From contig JANQRA010000020.1 in the NCBI GenBank assembly GCA_028284765.1, forward strand, positions 14,513 to 78,512: DNA of 64,000 bases. Reading direction: 5' to 3'. Source of the stretch: Acidimicrobiia bacterium. GTDB taxonomy: Bacteria > Actinomycetota > Acidimicrobiia > Spongiisociales > ZC4RG35. Made by a program: the position numbers and the translations under genes. The notes under the pieces were generated by a model that worked only from the letters and a program-made list of their open reading frames with translations, searched no databases and had not been told where the DNA came from. Positions 39,440 to 48,798 of the stretch are shown piece after piece (within the stretch, counting starts at the first letter, position 1; each line of letters begins with the position of its first letter).

Positions 39440-40495
39440 GTGGGAATGACCGACCTCAACCACGACATCGACAAGTCCAGCGACGAACCAAAGCACGCCG
39501 ACCGAGGCGTATTCAGTCTCAACCTTGATCGATCGAGTGCAATACCGGCCTATCAGCAGCTGAAGTTTCACATCATCCACGCGCTCTCGACAAGGAGGCT
39601 CCGCGCCGGGGATGTCATGCCATCCGTTCGCGAGGCCTCCCAGCTCCTCGGGCTCGCCCCGGCCACCGTCCAAAGGACCTACGGAGAGCTCCGTCAAGAG
39701 GGCTTTCTTGACAGCAAACCCGGACACTACGTCTTCGTCACGGGTCTTGATAGCCGCCGAGCCGATCGGGCCGATCAGAACCGATACTCATCATTGAGAG
39801 ATGTATTGGTCCCTGTCTACGTCAACGCTCGGTCGATGGGTTTCACCGACTCAGAGATCATGAGCACCCTCGAAGACCTGACAGCACACGAGGAGGTCGA
39901 TCGCTCCAAGCCCAGACTCGCTTTCGTCGGATTGGGCAGAAGCGTCGTGGACAAATACGTTCCCATACTCGCCGATGCACTCTCTGTTCTCGGAGCTGAG
40001 GTGGTCGGCGTTGAATTGGATGAATTCATCGCATCCGACGGAGCTGTGTTAGAGGAGATAGGTCCAGTACACCTGGCGGTCAGCTTGGTGTCATGGCTCA
40101 GTGAAGTCCGCGAGATCGGGGCCAGGCGAGGGATCCATACAGTTGGTCTACTCGTCGAGCCTTCCCCGGAAACCAAGCGGGTATTGGTTTCTTATCCGTA
40201 TGGAACCAAGATCGGGCTGATCACAGAGCCGCGATACGTGACCAATGTCGCTGCCATCATCGAGCAGCTGTGTGGACCTCAAGTGCAGGTCGTCACCGTC
40301 GTCGAAGACTCAGCAGTCTCGAAGAAGACTCTCGCTAGCTGCGACGTGTACGTCAGAACGTTCCGAGCAGAAGAGCTTGCTAGGTCTCTGCTCCCTCCAG
40401 GTGTCGAAGCGACTGAGTTCCGCGTGCTCCCAGTGCAGGCCTCTCTGGAACATACAGAGGCTCTACTGCTACAGCACTGGCTCGAGGCCGAGTAA
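39440..40495 (+). CDS. GntR family regulator (YtrA-like HTH with long C-terminal domain)
   Basis: PAYQQL...GDVMPSVRE...PATVQRTYGELRQEG. Confidence 0.85.
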   Translation: MGMTDLNHDIDKSSDEPKHADRGVFSLNLDRSSAIPAYQQLKFHIIHALSTRRLRAGDVMPSVREASQLLGLAPATVQRTYGELRQEGFLDSKPGHYVFVTGLDSRRADRADQNRYSSLRDVLVPVYVNARSMGFTDSEIMSTLEDLTAHEEVDRSKPRLAFVGLGRSVVDKYVPILADALSVLGAEVVGVELDEFIASDGAVLEEIGPVHLAVSLVSWLSEVREIGARRGIHTVGLLVEPSPETKRVLVSYPYGTKIGLITEPRYVTNVAAIIEQLCGPQVQVVTVVEDSAVSKKTLASCDVYVRTFRAEELARSLLPPGVEATEFRVLPVQASLEHTEALLLQHWLEAE

Positions 40496-40506
40496 GAGAT
40501 GTCGCA

Positions 40507-41541
40507 ATGACCTCGGGCGGGTCAGCACGACACTCAGTGCTGGTCCTTTCGGATCTTCCCCATGAAGAGCTTGCGGCTTACGCACGTCACGTAGAGAGCC
40601 TCGGGTTCGACGGGATTTGGTATGCAGACGAACGCTTCTACCACGAGCCATACATCGGGCTCACCGTGATCGCTTCTGCCACCGAACGAATCTTCCTCGG
40701 GCCAGGAGTTACGGACCCGAGATCTCGTCACCCGGCACTCACGGCAGCGGCGATCAACTCGCTGAATGAACTGTCGGGTGGCCGCGCAGTCCTTGGGGTT
40801 GGGGCGGGCAAGTCCGGATTCCACAATCTCGGTTTGACACGCAAGAACTCGGCTGTGGCGATCCGAGAAGCCGTGAGGGTCATAGACGGTCTCCTGAACC
40901 GCCGGCAGATGACCCAAGAGGGTCAGGTTGTGTTCATCAAGGACGGAGCCATGAAGGTGCCAGCTGCTCCCGTCCCTATCTGCGTCGCAGCCAACGGGCC
41001 ACTAACGCTTGAAGTTGCTGGCTCGGTCGCGGACATGGTCATGGTTCCTCACTGCCGATCTCTTGTGTTGCTTGAACACAAGATTGCAAGCGTCTCGAAA
41101 GGAGCCGAACGAGCAGGTCGGCCGCTGCCACAGGTGATCCTGCGCTTGGACACTGCCATTTCAGAAGATGAAGAGTTGGCAAAGCTCACCGCCAAGACTC
41201 GGCTAGGGCGGACGCTCTGGGCCGCCTATCCAAACATCGCATTCATGGACACGCTTGGACTCGACCTACCGGGTGAGCTCGATCGACGCCTACGGGAGGC
41301 CGGACCATTTCAATACACCTTCGACTTGTCAGTCTTCAGGCAGTTCGCTGATGCGATCCCGGATGAAATCCTCGACGCCGTGTGTCTGGCAGGGACGCCA
41401 GCGCAAGTAGCAGAACAGGTGGCAGAACTCGTATCCAGTGGCGTCGATGAAATCAACATTCTCCCAGTCACTCACGAAGGGCAGACTGAAGCGGATCTGA
41501 TCGAACTCTATGCGTCGGCATTGTTGATCACCCCTGCCTAG
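40507..41541 (+). CDS. LLM-class flavin/F420-dependent oxidoreductase (Mer-like)
   Basis: GFDGIWYADERF, LGPGVTDPRSRHPA, ELSGGRAVLGVGAG. Confidence 0.88.
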   Translation: MTSGGSARHSVLVLSDLPHEELAAYARHVESLGFDGIWYADERFYHEPYIGLTVIASATERIFLGPGVTDPRSRHPALTAAAINSLNELSGGRAVLGVGAGKSGFHNLGLTRKNSAVAIREAVRVIDGLLNRRQMTQEGQVVFIKDGAMKVPAAPVPICVAANGPLTLEVAGSVADMVMVPHCRSLVLLEHKIASVSKGAERAGRPLPQVILRLDTAISEDEELAKLTAKTRLGRTLWAAYPNIAFMDTLGLDLPGELDRRLREAGPFQYTFDLSVFRQFADAIPDEILDAVCLAGTPAQVAEQVAELVSSGVDEINILPVTHEGQTEADLIELYASALLITPA

Positions 41542-41661
41542 TTTTTGACAAGCACCGGAATTCCTCCCCAACGACCCTCCCCCAGAAAAGGGTTTTGGTC
41601 CTACCGGTAAGGGTCATTGGACCGAGGCGCCCACTACCCCCGCCTCGTACGTTCGAGTCGA

Positions 41662-42972
41662 ATGGTAGGAAGACCTCTCATCCTCAACCGGAGATGGCTG
41701 GTGGTTGTGGGGGCGGTTCTCATCCAGCTGTGTCTCGGAGCTATCTACGCATGGTCGGTGTTCACCCCCACGCTTCGAGACGCCGGATGGAGCCGGTTTC
41801 AAACTCAAGTCGTCTTCTCCGCCGGGCTGGCCTCGTTTGCGATTGTCATGGTTCTCGCCGGCAGGAAGCTGGCTGACTGGGGGCCACAAAGGCTTGCCGT
41901 TGCCGGCGGTGTAACCGTTGGGCTCGGCTACCTGGTTGCCTCCCTTGACAGCGGGACTGACTTCTGGACGGTCCTTGCCGGAGTGGGGCTGATCGCGGGT
42001 GCCGGAATCGGCCTGGCGTATGTCGTTCCGATCGCAGTCGGCATGCGATGGTTCCCTGACCGAAAAGGGCTCATCACAGGGGCCGCCGTAGCTGGATTCG
42101 GTTTCGGAGCCCTGGCGTGGATCAAGGTGGCTGGCGAATGGGGCGAGCTGATCAGCCGTGTTGGCCTCGACGGCACGTTCCTCACCTACGCCGTCGTCTT
42201 CGCCGGCCTGGTGCTGCTGGGCAGCTCCACCATGGTCTTCCCTCCCGACGGATGGCTTCCAGAAGGCTTCGTCCCGGCCAGTGGCGCCAACTCAGGAGAG
42301 GTCGACTACACCCCTCGGGAAATGCTGCGTACACCGCAGTTCCACCTGATATCCCTGACCTTCGCCGTTTCCGCTGGAGCAGGGCTCATGGCGATCGGGT
42401 TGATGAAGCTGTGGCCGGTCGAGGCCCTCACCGAACAGGGATTGGACCAAGCACAGGCAAGCGCCATCGCAGGAACGGCCATGGCCGTGTTCTTCAGCCT
42501 TGCCAATGGCATCGGCCGCATCGTCTGGGGTTCTCTGAGCGACAAGCTGGGCCGCAAACTATCCATCATCGTCATGGCGGCCAGCCAGGGAATCCTGATG
42601 TTCGCCTTCATCCCGATGGCTGGATCCGAGTACACGCTGTACGCGGCATCGGCGCTGATCGGATTCAACTTCGGTGGCAACTTCGCCCTGTTCCCAGCGA
42701 TCACCGCAGACCGCTTTGGGAACAGCTCGGTCGGCGCCAATTACCCATGGGTGTTCCTCGCCTACGGATTTGGCGGGATTGTCTTCCCCATCCTCGGCGG
42801 CTGGCTCGGCGACCTGGGCAACTTCCCTCTCGCCTTCTCCATCTGCGGAGTCGCATGTGTGGTCGGCGCCGTGGCCGCATTCCTCGTGTACCCACCGCAC
42901 CACGACGAAGCGATGCATCGATTCACGGTCCGCCGCTTCTTCCACAACGCCCACCTTTTTGAAGAGGGATAG
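41662..42972 (+). CDS. MFS transporter, oxalate/formate antiporter (OFA) family
   Basis: LGAIYAWSVF, RWFPDRKGLITG, NGIGRIVWGSLSDKLGR; ~12 transmembrane segments. Confidence 0.9.
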   Translation: MVGRPLILNRRWLVVVGAVLIQLCLGAIYAWSVFTPTLRDAGWSRFQTQVVFSAGLASFAIVMVLAGRKLADWGPQRLAVAGGVTVGLGYLVASLDSGTDFWTVLAGVGLIAGAGIGLAYVVPIAVGMRWFPDRKGLITGAAVAGFGFGALAWIKVAGEWGELISRVGLDGTFLTYAVVFAGLVLLGSSTMVFPPDGWLPEGFVPASGANSGEVDYTPREMLRTPQFHLISLTFAVSAGAGLMAIGLMKLWPVEALTEQGLDQAQASAIAGTAMAVFFSLANGIGRIVWGSLSDKLGRKLSIIVMAASQGILMFAFIPMAGSEYTLYAASALIGFNFGGNFALFPAITADRFGNSSVGANYPWVFLAYGFGGIVFPILGGWLGDLGNFPLAFSICGVACVVGAVAAFLVYPPHHDEAMHRFTVRRFFHNAHLFEEG

Positions 42973-43180
42973 AGGCTCACGCTCGACCGCCTCCCGAAGT
43001 TCATCGGCACGACATTTCAAGATCGGCGCCTGGAAGGTCGATAACAAGTCGATCGAGTTCGCCGCGTGCTGCTCGATGACAATCGACTGGCAGGCCAGTT
43101 ATGAACTATGCCAAGGATCGGCCGGGAGCGACGGGGGCCACCACTCCAAAACAGACGCCGAAGAAAGGCCTTGTCGCGTC

Positions 43181-44986
43181 GTGAAAACCTCTCCCGATAT
43201 CTCTGAAGTTTGGAATCAGTTCCGCCTGCGGGGATCGTCGTTGACGCTGGTCGTCCTAGTGGTTCTCGGCTTCAGTTGGGACTGGCCGGGCGCTCTCGTT
43301 CTAGTAGGGGTGGCGGCTGTGTCGGTCGTCGATGCGTATTTGCGAAGCAAGGGACGAGGGTACGGATCGCTGTTCACTTCAATCGCCTTGGACGTGACTC
43401 TGATCGGCGCCGGGGTTGTGATCGCGGATCTAGAGGTCGAGGCGCTGGCAATGCCCTACATCTATGCAATGGCCATCCCCCTACTGCTCCTGCCGTTGGC
43501 AAGGAGCTTCTATTTGGTCGCCTACGCAACGCTGTGGACGGTCGTGGCCCTTGGGACATCCGACCTGTTGGCTCCGCCCGCAAGCGTCGACCCCCAACTC
43601 GTTTCCATCGTGGCGTTTGCGCTGTTCGCCACCCTCCTTCTCTTCTTGATAGGAATCGTCGCCTTTGCGCTTCAGCGCGTTCGCGACATGGAATCCAATC
43701 AGCTACTCCACGAGCAGGCTCTTCGGATCGCCGGTCAAAAGCTCCTAGCCGAGCCCGGCGATCCGGGGCTGACCGACGCTCTCGCTGCGATCCGTGCCGC
43801 AACCGGGGCCAGCGTCGCCTTCGTTGGAGAGAACACGGGTGACAAAGAGACCGGCCCTGCTGCCCGAGTTCTCCAGGTCTCCGCCGAGGCAGACATGGTG
43901 ACAGGAAAGGCAACTGGGCTCTGGACCCTGCCCTGGCTCGGACACGCCGAAGTGGCGCGCCAGCTCGCCAGTGGTGACGCCGTCTCCCTCGACAGTGCCG
44001 TGGCTATGGCTCTTGGAGCGGTTCCTGCGGAGATCCATTCGATCGCAGTGCCCGTCTTCGTGAATGGCGAGTGGGACGGATTTCTTGGAGTCGCGCACCA
44101 TGGCCACGCCAAGGACGACTCAGAAGCCGACCTGAGGACGTTGGAGACCATCGCAACCATGATCGGTGCGTCTCTCGAGCGTCAAGCCGTTCGCCAACGC
44201 CTCGAGCAGCTGATCAAGTCGAAGGACCAGTTCCTCGCGAGCGTCAGCCACGAAATCCGAACACCACTCACCTCGGTTCTCGGATTCGCTTCAGTGCTCA
44301 AAGAAGAGCCGGGCCAGCTTTCGGAAGAAGAAGGCCGAGAAATCGTAGAACTGATCGAACAGCAGGCGATCGAAGTGTCGGACCTCGTCGAGGATCTGCT
44401 GGTGGCTGCCCGTGCCGACATCGATGCCGTCAACGTGCAGATCGTCCCTGTTGTCCTGTCCGACGAGATCCAGTCAGTGCTGTCAGCGAGACTTGGCGAG
44501 CAACAGAGCGACATATTTGTAGCCGCCTCCCCTGCACATCGGGTGATGGCAGACCCGACCAGGGTTCGTCAGATAATCCGCAACCTGCTGACCAACGCGC
44601 TCCGATACGGCGGTGAGCAGATCACCATCACGACCCATCTCGATGGATCCGAGGTGCTCATGGTCTTCTCCGACAACGGCGCTGGCATCCCCAGTGAGCT
44701 TCGGCGGCGGCTGTTCGATCCTTACGAGCGCGGTCGGGACGGATTGATGAAGCCCGAGTCCATTGGCCTCGGCCTGGCAGTGTCCCGCCAGCTAGCGCGG
44801 CTCATGGACGGCGATCTCACGCTCAGGTCCGATCTCGGCGGCGCCGCTTTCCAACTATCGCTCCCGAGGGCCGTCGTCGATGAACCGGAGCAAGCAGATC
44901 GTCTGCCAGCAGGCGCCTTGGTCGTGGGCAAAGAAGTGCACATCTCGATCCCCCCTGAGGACTGGACAGAAGTCGGAGCCGACTGA
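43181..44986 (+). CDS. Membrane sensor histidine kinase with GAF domain
   Basis: N-terminal TM helices; SHEIRTPLT H-box; NLLTNALRY, DNGAGI, GLGLA; start uncertain. Confidence 0.88.
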   Translation: MKTSPDISEVWNQFRLRGSSLTLVVLVVLGFSWDWPGALVLVGVAAVSVVDAYLRSKGRGYGSLFTSIALDVTLIGAGVVIADLEVEALAMPYIYAMAIPLLLLPLARSFYLVAYATLWTVVALGTSDLLAPPASVDPQLVSIVAFALFATLLLFLIGIVAFALQRVRDMESNQLLHEQALRIAGQKLLAEPGDPGLTDALAAIRAATGASVAFVGENTGDKETGPAARVLQVSAEADMVTGKATGLWTLPWLGHAEVARQLASGDAVSLDSAVAMALGAVPAEIHSIAVPVFVNGEWDGFLGVAHHGHAKDDSEADLRTLETIATMIGASLERQAVRQRLEQLIKSKDQFLASVSHEIRTPLTSVLGFASVLKEEPGQLSEEEGREIVELIEQQAIEVSDLVEDLLVAARADIDAVNVQIVPVVLSDEIQSVLSARLGEQQSDIFVAASPAHRVMADPTRVRQIIRNLLTNALRYGGEQITITTHLDGSEVLMVFSDNGAGIPSELRRRLFDPYERGRDGLMKPESIGLGLAVSRQLARLMDGDLTLRSDLGGAAFQLSLPRAVVDEPEQADRLPAGALVVGKEVHISIPPEDWTEVGAD

Positions 44987-45051
44987 CTGTCAACGTCGCT
45001 CCAGGTCGCCTGGGGAACGCCTACCGATCTGCCAGACGTAGCATCCGCTCG

Positions 45052-46842
45052 ATGCGCCCCTTCCCCCGTGGCAGACCAAGACTGGAGACCACGGACGTCC
45101 GTCTGCGCGAGCAGATCGGCCAACTGCGCAATCTCCTCAGTTTCGTCCGGCCCTTTCGGAAGTGGCTGGCCGCGGCCATCGTCGGGGTCACCGTCGCTTC
45201 GCTACTGGGTCTGGTCTTTCCTTTCATCATGGGCAACCTGGTCGACACCGCACTCGATCAAACTGGCAGTACGGAAGGTTTGGACCGCACCGCCCTCCTC
45301 CTCCTCGGAGTCTTCTTCGCTCAAGCACTCTTCAACTATCTCCGCTCCTACTCGCTGGCGGTGGTCGGGGAAGGTGTCGTCGCCAACCTGCGCAAGGCCG
45401 TCTACACGCGCATCATCTCTCTGCCTATCCCGTTCTTCGACAACCGGCGCACCGGGGAGATCACATCACGTCTGACGTCCGACGCTTCGGTGATCCAATC
45501 CACCGTCTCCTCAGCGGTGGCATCGGCCCTGGCCCAGGGCATCACTCTCATCGGCGGAGTGGCATTGATGATCTTCCTCAGTCCGCTGCTGTCACTAACT
45601 GTCTTGGTGTTCCTGCCGGTGATGATCATCGGAGCAGCCATCTTCGGACGCCGCCTCAACCGGATCTCCACCGCCTTCCAGGACGAGATTGCCTCCGCCA
45701 ACGCGTACGCCGAGGAGTCGATTGCGTCCATACGAGTCGTGAAGTGGTTCACCGCCGAGAAGGAGTCGACCGCTCGCTACGACCGTTCCATCGCCGAGTC
45801 CTACCGCATCGCACTGCGGCGTGCTCGCCTGAGGGCCCTGTTCGTTCCCGGTGTCACCTTCTTCGCATTCGGCACTTTGGCGTTGGTCCTCTGGGTGGGT
45901 GGACGTCAGGTCATCGCCGGAACCATCACCGCAGGCGAGTTGGTCTCCTTCCTGCTCTACACGCTGACCGTCGCCGGAGCCATCGGGACATTCACCGGTC
46001 TCTACTCCCAACTCCAGGAAGCCCTGGGAGCATCTCGCCGGATCTTCGAACTACTGGAGGAGCGTGTCGAGGTTCCCGAGATAGCGAACCCAAAAACACC
46101 CCAAACCGAAGTGGGCTCGGTCCAGTTCGTAGACGTGAGCTTCAGCTACTCCGGTCGGGACACGGGAGTACTCCACGACATCGACCTCACCGTCGCCCCC
46201 GGCAAGGTGGTCGCTCTCGTAGGATCCTCAGGGTCCGGCAAGACCACCATCACCCAGCTCATCCCCCGTTTCTACGACGTCTCCGAGGGCCAGGTGGTCG
46301 TCAATGGAGTCGACGTCAAACACCAGGCTCTCAACCAGCTCAGATCACAAATGGCCGCTGTTCCTCAGGACGTTCAGCTCTTTTCGGGGACCATCGCCGA
46401 GAACCTCCGAGTGTCGGCTCCCGACGCTGATGACGCCGCCCTCCAAGAGGCCTGCCTAGCTGCAAACGCACATGACTTCATCACCGCGTTTCCCGACGGC
46501 TATGCCACGGTGATCGGCGAACGAGGCGTCCAACTCTCAGGCGGTCAACGCCAACGGGTCGCCATAGCCAGGGCCCTTCTCGCCGATCCCCGCATCCTCA
46601 TCCTCGACGAAGCCACCTCTTCACTCGACGCCGAGTCGGAAGGTCTCGTTCAGGAAGCCCTAGAGCGACTAATGGTCGGACGAACAACGCTCGTGATCGC
46701 CCACCGATTGAGCACGGTCCGCAACGCCGATCGGCTGATCGTGCTCGAGGGCGGACGTATCGTGGAAGACGGCGTCCATGAGTCCCTGGTTGCAGCGGAT
46801 GGTGTCTATGCCCGTCTCCTCGAACGGCAACTCACCGACTGA
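45052..46842 (+). CDS. ABC exporter, fused permease/ATPase (MsbA-like)
   Basis: TM domain plus GSSGSGKT, LSGGQRQR, LDEATSSLD. Confidence 0.93.
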   Translation: MRPFPRGRPRLETTDVRLREQIGQLRNLLSFVRPFRKWLAAAIVGVTVASLLGLVFPFIMGNLVDTALDQTGSTEGLDRTALLLLGVFFAQALFNYLRSYSLAVVGEGVVANLRKAVYTRIISLPIPFFDNRRTGEITSRLTSDASVIQSTVSSAVASALAQGITLIGGVALMIFLSPLLSLTVLVFLPVMIIGAAIFGRRLNRISTAFQDEIASANAYAEESIASIRVVKWFTAEKESTARYDRSIAESYRIALRRARLRALFVPGVTFFAFGTLALVLWVGGRQVIAGTITAGELVSFLLYTLTVAGAIGTFTGLYSQLQEALGASRRIFELLEERVEVPEIANPKTPQTEVGSVQFVDVSFSYSGRDTGVLHDIDLTVAPGKVVALVGSSGSGKTTITQLIPRFYDVSEGQVVVNGVDVKHQALNQLRSQMAAVPQDVQLFSGTIAENLRVSAPDADDAALQEACLAANAHDFITAFPDGYATVIGERGVQLSGGQRQRVAIARALLADPRILILDEATSSLDAESEGLVQEALERLMVGRTTLVIAHRLSTVRNADRLIVLEGGRIVEDGVHESLVAADGVYARLLERQLTD

Positions 46843-46876
46843 CTAGATCTCTGTCATCCGAAGGTAAGTTCGGACC

Positions 46877-47755
46877 GTGCGGATAGCCACCTGGAACGTC
46901 AACTCACTCATGGCCCGAATGGAAGTCGTCCAAGCCTGGCTGGACCGGGCTGATCCGGACGTACTGCTCCTCCAGGAGACCAAGTTGGCCGATGACAAGG
47001 CGCCGCACATGGACTTCCAGATCGCAGGCTACGAGCTGGCACACCACGGGGAAGGTAGGTGGAACGGTGTGGCAATCGCCTCGAAGCTGCCCATCTCCGA
47101 CGTGGTGACAAACTTCGGAGACGGCGAGGTCGGGGCAAGCACAGCCAAGACCGACGAAGGCGACTACTCACCCCAACGGCAAGCCCGGATGATCAGCGTC
47201 ACCGCCGGAGATGTTCGTTTCGTCAGCGTCTACGTCCCGAACGGACGACAGATCGGCACCGAGTTTTACGACGGGAAGCTGGCCTGGATGGAACGTCTGC
47301 AGACCTGGCTCCGAGAAGAGTGCACCGCAGACGAGCCGCTCGTCGTTGCCGGAGACTTCAACATCACTCCGACGGACGACGACGTTTGGGATGCGAGGTC
47401 TGCGCACGGCGGGACCCACGTCTCGGAACCGGAGCGTGAGGCACTCGGGGCATTACGGAAGTGGGGGCTCACCGACGCCTACCGCCTGCACCACACCGAC
47501 CCCGGGCGTTACTCGTGGTGGGACTACCGGGCGGGGATGTTCCAGAAAAACATGGGCATGAGGTTGGACCTCGTCTACGTGTCAAAGCCTCTCGTCGACC
47601 GAGTGGTCTGGGCCGAGATCGATAGGGAGGCCAGAAAAGGCAAGCCGACACCGTCGGACCACGCCCCCGTCGTTGTCGACCTTGACGAACCTGGCAAGGA
47701 ACTCGACGCCGGATGGGAAGCTGCGATGAAGCGGATCGCCCAACGGAGTACATGA
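46877..47755 (+). CDS. xth: Exodeoxyribonuclease III
   Basis: ATWNVNS, LQETK, YVPNG, GDFNI, WWDYR, SDHAP. Confidence 0.95.
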   Translation: MRIATWNVNSLMARMEVVQAWLDRADPDVLLLQETKLADDKAPHMDFQIAGYELAHHGEGRWNGVAIASKLPISDVVTNFGDGEVGASTAKTDEGDYSPQRQARMISVTAGDVRFVSVYVPNGRQIGTEFYDGKLAWMERLQTWLREECTADEPLVVAGDFNITPTDDDVWDARSAHGGTHVSEPEREALGALRKWGLTDAYRLHHTDPGRYSWWDYRAGMFQKNMGMRLDLVYVSKPLVDRVVWAEIDREARKGKPTPSDHAPVVVDLDEPGKELDAGWEAAMKRIAQRST

Positions 47756-47814
47756 TCTTCGACACCACTGTCTTAGGGGCAGCCGCATATGCCATGATCT
47801 GACTCGTCTGAAGC

Positions 47815-48003
47815 GTCACCAAGGACCTCCGCCCTAAGCGGAGTCTTTCCTTGAGAGTCAGCCCAACCTCGTGGTGAGCGCAGATCGTAAGTCGGCTCCC
47901 CTCAGACCTCGCCCATTGGTGCCTGTGGACCGGGTCGGAATTCCTCATCTCGACGTTTGACCCAGCTGCCAAGTGGAGTCCGAGCCAGCGGGCATTCATC
48001 TAG
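47815..48003 (+). pseudogene. Remnant of a PPOX-class oxidoreductase paralogous to 20754-21194
   Basis: Across frameshifts reads FLESQPNLVVSA../GSPQTSP/WCLWTGSEFLISTFDPAAKW versus FLLRQKNLVLAT..GAPQLSPVWYLWTGEVYAISTIDTTAKW. Confidence 0.65.
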
Positions 48004-48041
48004 GTCGTGCCAGATGAGATCGTCACCCGGAGACTGACTAG

Positions 48042-48074
48042 CCGTGGAGCTATTGCCGCCCAATAGCTCCACGG
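48042..48074. terminator. Perfect 14-bp inverted repeat (probable terminator downstream of the MaoC gene)
   Basis: CCGTGGAGCTATTG-ccgcc-CAATAGCTCCACGG. Confidence 0.55.
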
Positions 48075-48139
48075 GACAGCTGCCCTGCTGCAGAGGCTCA
48101 GGGCGGTTGACTCCCCGAGCCAGACTCAGACCTTCTACT

Positions 48140-48649
48140 TCACCAATCAGTCGATGGCTCAGGGAACGGCGACTGAGCGCCTTCTGCCCCGCGCCTGTAC
48201 ACGAGGAAGCTCCGAGTCCAGCGGATGACTTCGTCGCCGTCCTGGTTCAGACCCCTCGTTCTCACAGTGACGACGCCGGCGTTCGGGCGCGAGTTGGACT
48301 CCCTCAGCGCAACCACCTCGGACTCGGAGTAGAGGGTGTCACCCACGAATACCGGACGCTTCAACTCGATGTTCTCCCAGCCCAGGTTGGCAAAGGCCAG
48401 CTGCGAAGTGTCCATGACCGATTGGCCGGTAACGATCGCCACAGTGAGCGCCGAGTTGACGAGCGGCTTTCCAAACTCCGACTTGGAGGCATAACTCGCA
48501 TCGAGGTGCATCGGATTGGTGTTCATCGTCAACAGCGAGAACCAGACGTTGTCGTTTTCGGTGATCGTGCGACCCAGACGGTGTCTATAGATATCACCCA
48601 CGACGAAGTCCTCGAAGAACCTGCCAAGCGGAGCGTCATGGATTGTCAT
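48140..48649 (-). CDS. MaoC family (R)-hydratase/dehydratase
   Basis: GRFFEDFVVG, RTITENDN, NPMHLD, PVFVGDTL. Confidence 0.92.
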   Translation of the reverse strand: MTIHDAPLGRFFEDFVVGDIYRHRLGRTITENDNVWFSLLTMNTNPMHLDASYASKSEFGKPLVNSALTVAIVTGQSVMDTSQLAFANLGWENIELKRPVFVGDTLYSESEVVALRESNSRPNAGVVTVRTRGLNQDGDEVIRWTRSFLVYRRGAEGAQSPFPEPSTDW

Positions 48650-48798
48650 TAGGCACCTCTAATCATATGTCTGACTTTTATTCGAGAATGCGAGTGATGC
48701 TGCCACATTCCGGGCGAAAATGACGCTCCGGGCCAGGAAGCGGCGCAATACATCAGACCTATGCTGGGCAATCAAGGCTGCGAGTAGTAAGGAAAGCT

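Noticed and set aside
45162-46430. 422-aa alternative-frame ORF and many other long overlapping ORFs
   Set aside because: Arg/Pro/His-rich shadows of real genes caused by high-GC codon bias; no recognisable motifs.
46850-46870. TGTCA…TAAGTT upstream of xth as a PafBC-type promoter
   Set aside because: Spacing is 3 nt shorter than the consensus.
47955-47963. Third GTTTGACCC copy matching the 7910 repeat
   Set aside because: A single 9-mer is expected by chance in 64 kb, and it lies within the PPOX remnant coding frame (TFDP).
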